Source of the DNA: a virus
Taxonomy: Duplodnaviria; Caudoviricetes
Length of the DNA stretch: 64,000 bases
Strand: one strand, 5' to 3'
IMG/VR virus record: IMGVR_UViG_3300005670_000019
Position numbers and translations under genes: made by a program. A model generated the notes under the pieces. That model saw only the letters and a program-made list of their open reading frames with translations. It was not told where the DNA came from and ran no database searches. Positions 46,207-54,289 of the stretch are shown piece by piece. Position 1 is the stretch's first letter, and each line of letters opens with the position of its first letter.

Positions 46207-46660
46207 ATTTTTTGTTTTTACGACCTCTCCAACCATCGGTTTGACTATGACAGTTAGGACATAGTAACCTTAGATTTGAAAGATTGTTATTTTTCCTATT
46301 TCCATCGATATGATCTAATTCCAATACTATTTTTTGATTATTCCACAAATCCAAAGAACACATTGCGCATTTATAATGCAACAATTTTTCCTTCAAAAGC
46401 CTCTTTTTTAGATTATCTGATTTGACAAAATGTTTATTTGACAAAATCTCGTCTAGAGAAATTTTATTGTGTGGAGACTTCCCAAGATTTGAACCTTTTC
46501 CCAAGAAATGGGAAATGTCAATATTCCAATTTGATATCCATTTTGTTATGGTGGTATAATTTCCACCAGATTCGTTCATATTCATCTTGAATATGACTTG
46601 TCGGAGTGACGTGGAACTTTTCACACATTCCTCAAGTTTTTCTTTTGAGAATTTCGGCAT
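46172..46660 (-). CDS. HNH endonuclease; stop codon inside tRNA-Leu
   Basis: LELDHIDGNRKNNNLSNLRLLCPNCH. Confidence 0.92.
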   Translation of the reverse strand: MPKFSKEKLEECVKSSTSLRQVIFKMNMNESGGNYTTITKWISNWNIDISHFLGKGSNLGKSPHNKISLDEILSNKHFVKSDNLKKRLLKEKLLHYKCAMCSLDLWNNQKIVLELDHIDGNRKNNNLSNLRLLCPNCHSQTDGWRGRKNKKCRGGGMADPQR

Positions 46661-46680
46661 TCCAGTTCCACCACCTGAGC
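46661..46680 (-). pseudogene. 5' part of a split tRNA-Leu
   Basis: GCTCAGG-TG-GTGGAACTGGA abuts the HNH ATG; perfect 7 bp match to CCTGAGC; promoter at 46696-46724. Confidence 0.85.
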
Positions 46681-47222
46681 GTAACTTCTATTCTCACTAT
46701 AGACGATTTCTCGTCAGATTTCAAGACGAAACAGCTAGTTTTAGCCTCTCATTGAGAGAAAGCGTACCATCATCTAAGAGTTCTTGAGTGGCAATTCGAG
46801 CTTCTCTTTCTTCGTTCCTAAAGGCTTTTTCCATTTGCCTTGGGGAGCGAGGACCATGGTCCCTTATGTAAGCTACGATTTTTTCTCTCATGTTCATTCT
46901 ACTACCCGACCCTGCCCCATACCGGGCTGATAAGACACATCCTGTGCTGGTATACGATGTTGAGGATATAGAACTTTTTCTAAGCGATATCCACCACGAC
47001 CGTTGCGTCCTTTCCAACTTTCCCAAACAACGCAAACAAGTTCATTTTCAAATGCACATTTGTCTTTCTTTATATAAAAGACATTTGTTTGAGCGGACGG
47101 AAAGGGCGCCAAAATCTTGTTGTTGACTTTACCAACAGAAATTAGTGTTCCCTTGATCCAGTTGTAATCATGGAGAAAGTAAATTGTTTTATTCAATGCC
47201 ATACTCACAACTCAATGATTTG

Positions 47223-47294
47223 TGGCTCTGGAAGGACTCGAACCTTACGAGGTGTCGCGTATGAAACGAACCTACATATCCAATGTGCAGAGCC
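47223..47294 (-). tRNA. tRNA with CAU anticodon (Met or Ile2), atypical, no CCA
   Basis: GGCTCTG/CAGAGCC acceptor; TCGT-TT-CAT-AC-GCGA. Confidence 0.65.
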
Positions 47295-47583
47295 ATGTTT
47301 TATCATGGAAATCCTAAACAACCCCAAACACACAAGATAAAGATTATCAAGATGCCTAGAAAGTTTATAAGAGAAGGAGAACCGTCGGGTGGTTCATATT
47401 TCATCGAAGGCATTGCTCTATCTTTTCTTGAAAATAGAAAGTGTTTCAATCTCTTCTTCGAGCTTTTTCTTGATTTTTTTGTCTTCGTCAGACAAACCGA
47501 CTTCGATATCCCAAGCATAAGCCCATTTGAGAATGCGTTCTATTTCTTTGGAGGTCAAAATCATATTTATTTTCTAAAAAAGA

Positions 47584-47673
47584 TGGAGGAAGGTAGAGGA
47601 ATCGAACCCCCGCCGCTTATTAGGCGGCGCGACCGCTTTCGAGGCGGCTTGTGCGCCATGCACCGTACCTTCC
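47584..47673 (-). tRNA. tRNA-Ser(CGA)
   Basis: GCCGC-CT-CGA-AA-GCGGT; long variable arm; CCA encoded. Confidence 0.9.
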
Positions 47674-48330
47674 AAAGAAGAGGAAACACTCCTCTTCAAA
47701 CTCATTCAACAACAGAAGCCAGGGACTTTTCAATCTTTCTACGTTCCTTCCAGATCCAAGGATCTACAAGAACTTCGTGATGCGTCAACATTCCAGCAAT
47801 TTCTGCTGGAAGGCTGCCAGATGCAGCAAGGTGCAACAAATATTGTCTTTGTTCACCAGAATAACAAAAGACCTTTCCAAAATGCTCAAGGTCAAAAGGA
47901 ATGATCGAAATCAAAAACTTCTTTTGATCCTCTTGAAACCATCGCATGAAAGGAGAGAGATAGTTGAAAGTCCAACTATCCGTCTCACGAAACTCACAAA
48001 CACGAGCTGAATAAAAAGCAGAAACTTCTGCAAGATATTCTCGCAAAAGCGAGGCACGTTCGAGGTCACGCAGTCCCTTCTCATGAGACGTAGTATTTAC
48101 TCGACGCATTCCTCGGCAATGAAAGAAGTTTTCTGCCTTATGCAACTTGACATACTCAGGCATTTCTTCGAAACGAGAAAGTTCTTCATCCGTTAGATTC
48201 TGGTTCTTTAGAACCAGTTTATCAAACGACCGAATGGTTTCGATCATTTCTTGCTCGGTCGGAATCCACTTTTGCTTCTTCTGTCGCATACCTTCACTAT
48301 ATCAGGTTTTGGGGGATTTTCAAGAAACGT

Positions 48331-48405
48331 TGGAGCCCTCATCCGGACTCGAACCGGAATTACTCCCTTACCAAGGGAGGGTAATAACCTTTATACTATG
48401 AAGGC
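48331..48405 (-). tRNA. tRNA-Thr(GGU)
   Basis: CTCCC-TT-GGT-AA-GGGAG; CCA encoded. Confidence 0.92.
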
Positions 48406-48533
48406 ACTAAATTGGGCGCGAGCATGGGTTTTCACCATATCTTCCCCTTCAAGCTTGGGGACGTGCTCCACTAATATTCAACAAAGCTCATTCGTCTTTG
48501 ACTTAAATTAGGTTTTACACTAACTCGCATAAT

Positions 48534-48653
48534 TGGTGGGGCTGGAGGTTTTTCACCTCATTCATGCTCTATCGCTTAGAGCCGCACTTACATGTTGTTT
48601 CTCTAATCCATTCAGATATGAAAAACAGAAAACCTTCTTTATGCTACAGCCCC
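48534..48653 (-). ncRNA. 120 nt tRNA-like RNA
   Basis: GGGGCTG/CAGCCCC-A-CCA acceptor and a GAGG-TGAAAAA-CCTC arm; no normal D or anticodon arm. Confidence 0.55.
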
Positions 48654-48677
48654 CAAGAGGTAAGAAGGTAAAGAAAG

Positions 48678-48755
48678 TGGTCAGGGTGATAGGACTTGAA
48701 CCTACAACCTCTCCGATCCGAACGGAGCCATCTACCAGATTGATATTACACCCTG
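48678..48755 (-). tRNA. tRNA-Pro(CGG)
   Basis: CTCCG-TT-CGG-AT-CGGAG; CCA encoded. Confidence 0.9.
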
Positions 48756-48863
48756 AAAGTAAGTAATCAGGATCAACAGCGCATCGCACCGACCCCTAAG
48801 ATGTGCGCCAAACTCGCCCACAACAATGACAGGGGTGTTGACTGATTACTTTTCAAACTTTAG

Positions 48864-48935
48864 CGTCTCTGGAAGGATTCGAACCTACGACCGTCAGCTT
48901 AGAAGGCTGCTGCTCTTCCTCTGAGCTACAGAGAC
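48864..48935 (-). tRNA. tRNA-Arg(UCU), no encoded CCA
   Basis: CAGC-CT-TCT-AA-GCTG. Confidence 0.9.
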
Positions 48936-49180
48936 ATTGAACCCTTGTTCTCAATTAATAAGGTAAGTCTACTAATATGTTTGTAACCCCCAAGGGCTCA
49001 ACAAGTTCCCAAACATATTCCTTTGTAGTGCTCCGCGACAATAATCACTTTCCGTTTAGTGAGTAGCACTCCTCACCTAAACTAAGTCCTTTTTCTCTGT
49101 GAACTCATGAAGTCGCGAACATCACTTACCCACAGAAACTCTGCATTCGTATAGAAGTTTAGGACGAACTTCTGTACTTA

Positions 49181-49255
49181 GGCTGTAGCGGAAGGCTTCG
49201 AACCTTCATATCCTTGATTAACAGTCAAGTCTCTTACCAATTAGAGTACACTACA
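49181..49255 (-). tRNA. tRNA-Asn(GUU)
   Basis: CTTGA-CT-GTT-AA-TCAAG. Confidence 0.9.
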
Positions 49256-49527
49256 ATGTTTTGTGCATCAGCCCCCGCGCTCGCAAATTGAGCTCCCACG
49301 CCATGCACTCGACCCGCCTAATATTACTTGAAATAGAAGTTCGGGTCTTACCATCTTTGTTTCCAGTTTTATCTTTCAACAAAGAAAAGAAGTAGTGGCG
49401 GTTGAGGTCGCCGCTATGCTCTTAATTTCCTCAACGTTTGAAGAACGACCAAATTAAGAAAAATCGTTCTTTTAATTTTGCGCCTCTCAGCCTTATTGCT
49501 GGTTTGCGCTGTGTAAACTATGAATTG

Positions 49528-49603
49528 TGGCGTCCACGGACGGATTCGAACCGACATTGTCCTGCTTGAAAGGCAGGTTTCCTAACCGTTAGAAGACATG
49601 GAC
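49528..49603 (-). tRNA. tRNA-Glu(UUC)
   Basis: CCTGC-CT-TTC-AA-GCAGG; CCA encoded. Confidence 0.92.
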
Positions 49604-49980
49604 ATGGTGACGCCTCTCAACAGTATTGTTGGTTTGCGTCGGTGGATGATTTCCACGGTACATCATCATAATGACAGACTTCGCTGTCATTATCAAGCAA
49701 AGTTTTATGAAAACGAAACTTTGCGAAGTTAGTATTGCTCTTCCGCTACTCTGGCGAAGGAACCTTTTTATAAAAGCATTTTGTAGAAAGTTTTACTCTG
49801 TTGTCGAGTGCCACCTCGACAGCAATTAGTCTCTCATTCTACATGCTTCTTTTGTATGGGTTCGGCAAAGAAATTAATGCTTACGCGCTATAAACATTAG
49901 TCCCTTGCATATCTTTCCGGAGAAAGGACTCCTATCCAATTCTCAATCAAGATACCGAAAGAACTGGTTCAAAAAACAAC

Positions 49981-50050
49981 TACAAACAAAGGGAATCGAA
50001 CCCTCTTCTTCCGGATTGGAGTCCGGATGCACACCATTTGCATAGTTTGC
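49981..50050 (-). pseudogene. tRNA pseudogene (Gly- or Trp-like) with a 6 nt anticodon loop
   Basis: CCGGA-CTCCAA-TCCGG; intact T-arm; weak acceptor; no CCA. Confidence 0.6.
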
Positions 50051-50057
50051 AGCTATT

Positions 50058-50133
50058 TGGTTCAGGAGGTAGGATTCGAACCTACAACAACCAGATTCAA
50101 AGTCTGGGACTCTAACCATTGAGCTACTCCTGA
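50058..50133 (-). tRNA. tRNA-Gln(UUG)
   Basis: CCAGA-CT-TTG-AA-TCTGG; CCA encoded. Confidence 0.93.
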
Positions 50134-50552
50134 ATATTTAGATACCAATTTTGTTCTCTAGCTGTCTTTCTTTTGTGACAGTTTGAACAAAGAATCTGAC
50201 ATTTTTTAATTTCTTTTTCTATTGATTTCCATGAATATCCTTCGATGACCATTCTAGAAATATTTTGAGTTTTTGTCGAAGGATTCACATGATCAAATTC
50301 AAGAACAATCGGATCTTTTTCTCCACAATCAACACATGGATGAGTTTGTAAAAACTCAAACACTAGTTTTCTTATCAAGATTTTTCTGGTTTTATTTCTT
50401 TCCAAGAATTTGTTTCTATTATTTTCATAGAAACATTTCAAATTTTTCTTATTGCACTCTCTACAGTAGGATTGTAGGAGATTTTTCTCTTGGTTTTTCC
50501 AAGAAAAACTATTCAGGTTTTTTTCTTGTTTGCATCTTCCACATTGTTTCAT
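50124..50552 (-). CDS. HNH endonuclease; stop codon inside tRNA-Gln
   Basis: PCVDCGE...VLEFDHV...KCQILCSNCH. Confidence 0.88.
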   Translation of the reverse strand: MKQCGRCKQEKNLNSFSWKNQEKNLLQSYCRECNKKNLKCFYENNRNKFLERNKTRKILIRKLVFEFLQTHPCVDCGEKDPIVLEFDHVNPSTKTQNISRMVIEGYSWKSIEKEIKKCQILCSNCHKRKTAREQNWYLNIQE

Positions 50553-50582
50553 ATGGAAATATAGTTTTGAAAACTATAAAAT

Positions 50583-50620
50583 GTTCAAAGCCTTTTGTCT
50601 TACCATTAGACGAACCCCGA
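50583..50620 (-). pseudogene. 5' half of a decayed tRNA-Gln(UUG)
   Basis: TCGGGGT-TC-GTC-TAATGGTAA-GAC-A-AAAGG-CT-TTG-AA, then degenerate up to the HNH ATG. Confidence 0.8.
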
Positions 50621-50626
50621 AAAAAT

Positions 50627-50730
50627 TGGCAGTGGGGATTGGATTTGCACCAATATCCTTATTACGTCGTCAAAAAATCTCGTTCGTATTTGCCTTCAAC
50701 GCATTGCTCTAACTTATGAGCTACCCCACC
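50627..50730 (-). ncRNA. tRNA-like RNA with an enlarged anticodon arm
   Basis: GGTGGGG/CCCCACT-G-CCA acceptor, GCTC/GAGC D arm, ATTGG-TGCAAAT-CCAAT; about 28 extra nt in the anticodon arm. Confidence 0.65.
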
Positions 50731-50826
50731 GATGGAACGAGAATGAATTGTTGGCAAGGTTTGGAGTTGCACCAAGAAGGATTTTTCACTTACTCATTAG
50801 CCTTACTAAGAGTTACCTCACCGAAA

Positions 50827-50902
50827 TGGTTCGAGAGACAGGACTTGAACCTATAACCACCGAGTTCAGAGCCCGGCGCTCTACCAATTGAGCTACTCTC
50901 GA
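50827..50902 (-). tRNA. tRNA-Gln(CUG)
   Basis: CCGGG-CT-CTG-AA-CTCGG; CCA encoded. Confidence 0.92.
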
Positions 50903-51055
50903 ATAGTTGAGGTCTTTACCTCACGCCTAGGAAAATTCTTGAGGTTTTCCTAGAACTATTACAGTTCTTAGTGTCTGTATCACTGGTTGACTTTTATCCA
51001 AGTCAACGCGGAGTGGATTTCATTTTAGGACAAAACCCACAAAGAGTCCCAAGTT

Positions 51056-51080
51056 TGGTACGAGCGACAGGATTCGAACC
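51056..51080 (-). pseudogene. Orphan tRNA 3' end (Gly-like)
   Basis: GGTTCGAATCCTGT-CGCTCGT-A-CCA with no upstream arms. Confidence 0.7.
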
Positions 51081-51122
51081 AATTGGTAGCAATCCATCAA
51101 AATCGCTTTTGCTACTATTTAT

Positions 51123-51197
51123 TGGAGCGGGCGATGGGACTCGAACCCACAACAACCAACTTGGAAGGCTGGCACTCTACCATTGAGTTACACCCGC
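51123..51197 (-). tRNA. tRNA-Gly(UCC)
   Basis: CCAGC-CT-TCC-AA-GTTGG; CCA encoded. Confidence 0.93.
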
Positions 51198-51214
51198 AAA
51201 AGGAAACTATAATT

Positions 51215-51617
51215 ATGTCAAGAAAACGAAATCCAAAAAATTGGTGTCTGAAATGTAGTAGCCGATGTAGAAATTCTAGAAGCAATTTATGCAGTATTTG
51301 TCATTCACAACAATTAAGTGTGAATTTTGGACAAACATATCGAATTGCTGATTTCAGCCAACTTCAATCTAGACACAGATTTCAACCTATACGAAATCAT
51401 GCCAAAAGAGTTATGAACTCGTCAAACAAAGAAAAAAATTTGCAATGTTTGTGGTTACAACAAACATGTTGAAGTTGCTCATCTAAAACCGATTCACTCT
51501 TTCCCCAAGGAAACATTATTAGAAACAGTAAACAACATTTCCAATCTGTTATATTTGTGTCCCAATTGTCATTGGGAACATGATAATGGGTTATTAGATG
51601 CAACAACTTCACAATGA
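51215..51617 (+). pseudogene. HNH endonuclease broken by one extra A in an A7 run (51432-51438)
   Basis: Removing one A gives ...KEKICNVCGYNKHVEVAHLKPI...NNISNLLYLCPNCHWEHD. Confidence 0.8.
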
Positions 51618-51819
51618 AACAATGACACATGATGCAGCAAAGCGTTCATCTTTTTTAGAAAGAAAACGTTGAGCTGCTTCATATGTAGCCCAAGTCTTTG
51701 TATCCGGATCAAGAGGGTCCTGCGTATATGGTTTCCGATTTGTTGATCTTTTCGTCACGTAACCATGACAGTCCCAACGAATTACGAACTTGCCCATATA
51801 AACCTCAAATCCTTTAATT

Positions 51820-51894
51820 TGGAGCCCACTATCGGATTCGAACCGATATATCCAACTTACGAGGTTGGTGTCCTAGCCATTGAACGAAGCAGGC
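51820..51894 (-). tRNA. tRNA-Thr(CGU)
   Basis: CCAAC-CT-CGT-AA-GTTGG; CCA encoded. Confidence 0.92.
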
Positions 51895-52304
51895 AAACAA
51901 AACAACTTACCAATTCTTCAAGGACGCTACTCCTAGCAAACTCTACAGTTCACTGTTTTTATTCCTCTTTCGAGGAGTCCGCTCGGACTTCTATGGGTTG
52001 GTTTCATTGTTTTTTCACAAACAATCTATCAAAATCGGCAGGGGTCGCTACACCCAACATAGAGTAAACTATATTGAACTCCTTTTCAGGAGGACTCGCT
52101 TGAGCGCGGTTCTTATGGATTTGCTTCGATTGTTTTCAGAAATTGTACTACACTCTGTTCGCCGTGGCAGGCTGTAGCTCACCTCTGTTTATGAAACAAA
52201 CCGACTGCTGATCAGGTTCGCCGAATGTTTCATTGGTACGTCAGAAAAACCATCATGTTTTGCCTTCCCATCATAAAAGAGAAGTTTCGACATGATTCAA
52301 ACTG

Positions 52305-52390
52305 TTGGTGGGGATGGAAGGATTCGAACCTACTATTCAAAAGAAACGGTTTTACAGACCGCCGCAACACTCCAACGTTGCCGCATCCCC
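52305..52390 (-). tRNA. tRNA-Tyr(GUA)
   Basis: GCGGT-CT-GTA-AA-ACCGT; variable arm; CCA encoded. Confidence 0.9.
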
Positions 52391-52538
52391 ATTTGACTTC
52401 ATAAATTTTGTTATGAAGTCAGCTCTATGTTAAACAAATATACTATATTATTCATCGGTAAGTCAATCAAGTTGACGAACCTAGTCCTATTTGGACTCAT
52501 CTTTTTTTTTCTAGACAACTACTTTCTCTTTCGAGAAA

Positions 52539-52613
52539 TGGCAGGTCGTAAAGGACTTGAACCTCTATCTCCCGGTTCGTAGCCGGGTACTCTATCCATT
52601 GAGCTAACGACCC
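52539..52613 (-). tRNA. tRNA-Arg(ACG)
   Basis: CCCGG-CT-ACG-AA-CCGGG; CCA encoded. Confidence 0.93.
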
Positions 52614-52790
52614 AAAACTAGAGAATGATTTATCACCTTCTCAGACTAAATGTCTCCAGTTCAATAAACCTATACTCGTTCTCCGTCGAGCTTCTACCCG
52701 AAGAAGGGCTCTGTTTTTAGGATGATTAGTCCCTTCTTCATAGGGTAATTTGAGCACAAACCCTACTAGTTGATATCACTCAACACGTAG

Positions 52791-52874
52791 CTGAGGAGGA
52801 AGGAATCGAACCTACATAGCCTCTTTCAAGACACAGGTTAACAGCCTGTCGCATTACCTTTATGCTACTCCCCA
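52791..52874 (-). tRNA. tRNA-Asn(GUU) with a long variable arm
   Basis: ACAGG-CT-GTT-AA-CCTGT followed by GTCTT-GAAA-GAGGC; no CCA. Confidence 0.8.
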
Positions 52875-52912
52875 ATATTCAGTTTTCAAACTTCACAAGG
52901 AAGCTTAGAATT

Positions 52913-52985
52913 TGGATGCGGTCGCCGGAACTGCCCCGGTCCATTTGGTTATGAGCCAAATATGCAACTAGTACACCACCCCGCA
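52913..52985 (-). tRNA. tRNA-Met(CAU), atypical
   Basis: TTTGG-CT-CAT-AA-CCAAA; imperfect acceptor; unusual T-loop; CCA encoded. Confidence 0.65.
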
Positions 52986-53135
52986 ATAGGTTCAGGCTTG
53001 AAATGCATTCTAGAAATGCAAGTTCATTAGATAGTAGTATCACTACACGCTAGCCTGTTAGCGCAACACGGCTCCCACCGCCCGTGATGGGTCGGCTGCC
53101 GTAGATACTTGCAAAAACACCGTGAATAGTTAAGT

Positions 53136-53257
53136 CAACAAATAGAGAGGATTCGAACCTCTTGTTGAGCCGTCGCTCAAAGCACCAGACATTATGACAT
53201 TTCAGTCATAATCACAGGAATCGAACCTGCCATGTACTCGCCAATCGCTATTTGTTG
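53136..53257 (-). ncRNA. Structured RNA with two T-loop hairpins
   Basis: 10 bp closing stem CAACAAATAG/CTATTTGTTG enclosing two GGTTCGA hairpins and two other stems. Confidence 0.6.
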
Positions 53258-53263
53258 TTCTTT

Positions 53264-53348
53264 TGGTACTCCCACCCGGATTCGAACCGGGACTCCCGAA
53301 GGAACCTGATTTTGAGTCAGGCGCGTCTGCCAGTTCCGCCATAGGAGC
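53264..53348 (-). tRNA. tRNA-Leu(CAA)
   Basis: CCTGA-CT-CAA-AA-TCAGG; long variable arm; CCA encoded. Confidence 0.94.
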
Positions 53349-53355
53349 AAAACAT

Positions 53356-53431
53356 TGGTGGATCAAAACGGACTTGAACCGATAACCCCCTGCGTGCAAA
53401 GCAGGTGCTCTCCCAATTGAGCTATTGACCC
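53356..53431 (-). tRNA. tRNA-Ala(UGC)
   Basis: CCTGC-TT-TGC-AC-GCAGG; G3:U70; CCA encoded. Confidence 0.93.
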
Positions 53432-53658
53432 GTTGTACCAGTCTTTCCTGATCGTCCGCCCTTGTTTTGGTTCAGAGCTCACCCTAGATTAAATATGTAG
53501 AGAAAAAAGGGAAACCGAGTCCCTAAACAACCACATAAACAAGCAGTCGCGTGTCCAACTCTCTCTACATTTACGCTTTTACGACTCGAACGTACCTGTA
53601 ACCTACTCATGCATTTTCGATTACCGTGCTCACCCTACACTGAAGCGTAAGCTAAGTT

Positions 53659-53733
53659 TGGTGGGTCGCCCCGGAATCGAACCGGGCTCGGTCAGATTAA
53701 AAGTCTGGTGCATCACCTTGATGCTAACAACCC
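53659..53733 (-). tRNA. tRNA-Lys(UUU)
   Basis: CAGA-CT-TTT-AA-TCTG; CCA encoded. Confidence 0.92.
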
Positions 53734-54065
53734 AATTTTAGCAATCCTTCGTGGATTTCAGCATGACAGTTTGCACACACCAAAATACACTTATCAAGTT
53801 CTTTTTGAACTTTTTCCCAAGACATTCCCCAATTTCCAGAAATTTGGAAATCTTTTTCTTTTGGGATCAAATGGTGAAAGTGAAGAGCTTGTTTAGCACG
53901 ACTGTATCCACAAATTGAACAACAGTTTCCTTTGTATTTGTAGATTTCTTCTTCTCGAAGCCTTCTTCGTCGAGCAACAAGACAAGAATTACAAGTTTTG
54001 TTTCTGTGACCTTTTGCCCTATTTGGTGTGTAGGTTCGACCACAGTCTTCGCAAGAAACTTCCAT
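53724..54065 (-). CDS. HNH endonuclease, leaderless; stop codon inside tRNA-Lys
   Basis: CSICGY...ALHFHHL...KCILVCANCHAEIH; promoter TTGAAA-N17-CATAGT (54073-54101) ends 7 nt before ATG 54065. Confidence 0.88.
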   Translation of the reverse strand: MEVSCEDCGRTYTPNRAKGHRNKTCNSCLVARRRRLREEEIYKYKGNCCSICGYSRAKQALHFHHLIPKEKDFQISGNWGMSWEKVQKELDKCILVCANCHAEIHEGLLKLGC

Positions 54066-54108
54066 GTCAACTACTATGACACGAAACTCGGTGACTTTCA
54101 AGGAAAGT

Positions 54109-54184
54109 TGGTGGACGCGAGAAGAATCGAACTTCCCACACAGTGCTTGCAAGGCATCGTCGCCCCCTTGGTACATGCGCGCCC
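54109..54184 (-). tRNA. tRNA-Ala(UGC), second copy
   Basis: TGC-CT-TGC-AA-GCA; G3:U70; CCA encoded. Confidence 0.8.
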
Positions 54185-54210
54185 ATTTACTTACTCTAAG
54201 TAAGTGAAGT

Positions 54211-54288
54211 TGGTGGATCCCCTGGGGTTCGAACCCAGACCGTATCGGTTAAGAGCCGAGTGTGCTAGCCGTTAAACACCAGAGATCC
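54211..54288 (-). tRNA. tRNA-Lys(CUU)
   Basis: TCGG-CT-CTT-AA-CCGA; CCA encoded. Confidence 0.9.
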
Positions 54289-54289
54289 A

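Noticed and set aside
33563-46680. Group I introns explaining the split tRNAs
   Set aside because: The inserts are almost fully occupied by the HNH and an intact tRNA, leaving no room for a catalytic core, and the outer anticodon regions are missing.
49480-49640. c-di-GMP-I riboswitch (GCAAAC)
   Set aside because: Lacks the GNRA-capped P2 and second stem; only a short internal-loop hairpin.
53724-54176. Track start at 54176 for the HNH
   Set aside because: The extension lies within tRNA-Ala; a promoter points to ATG 54065.
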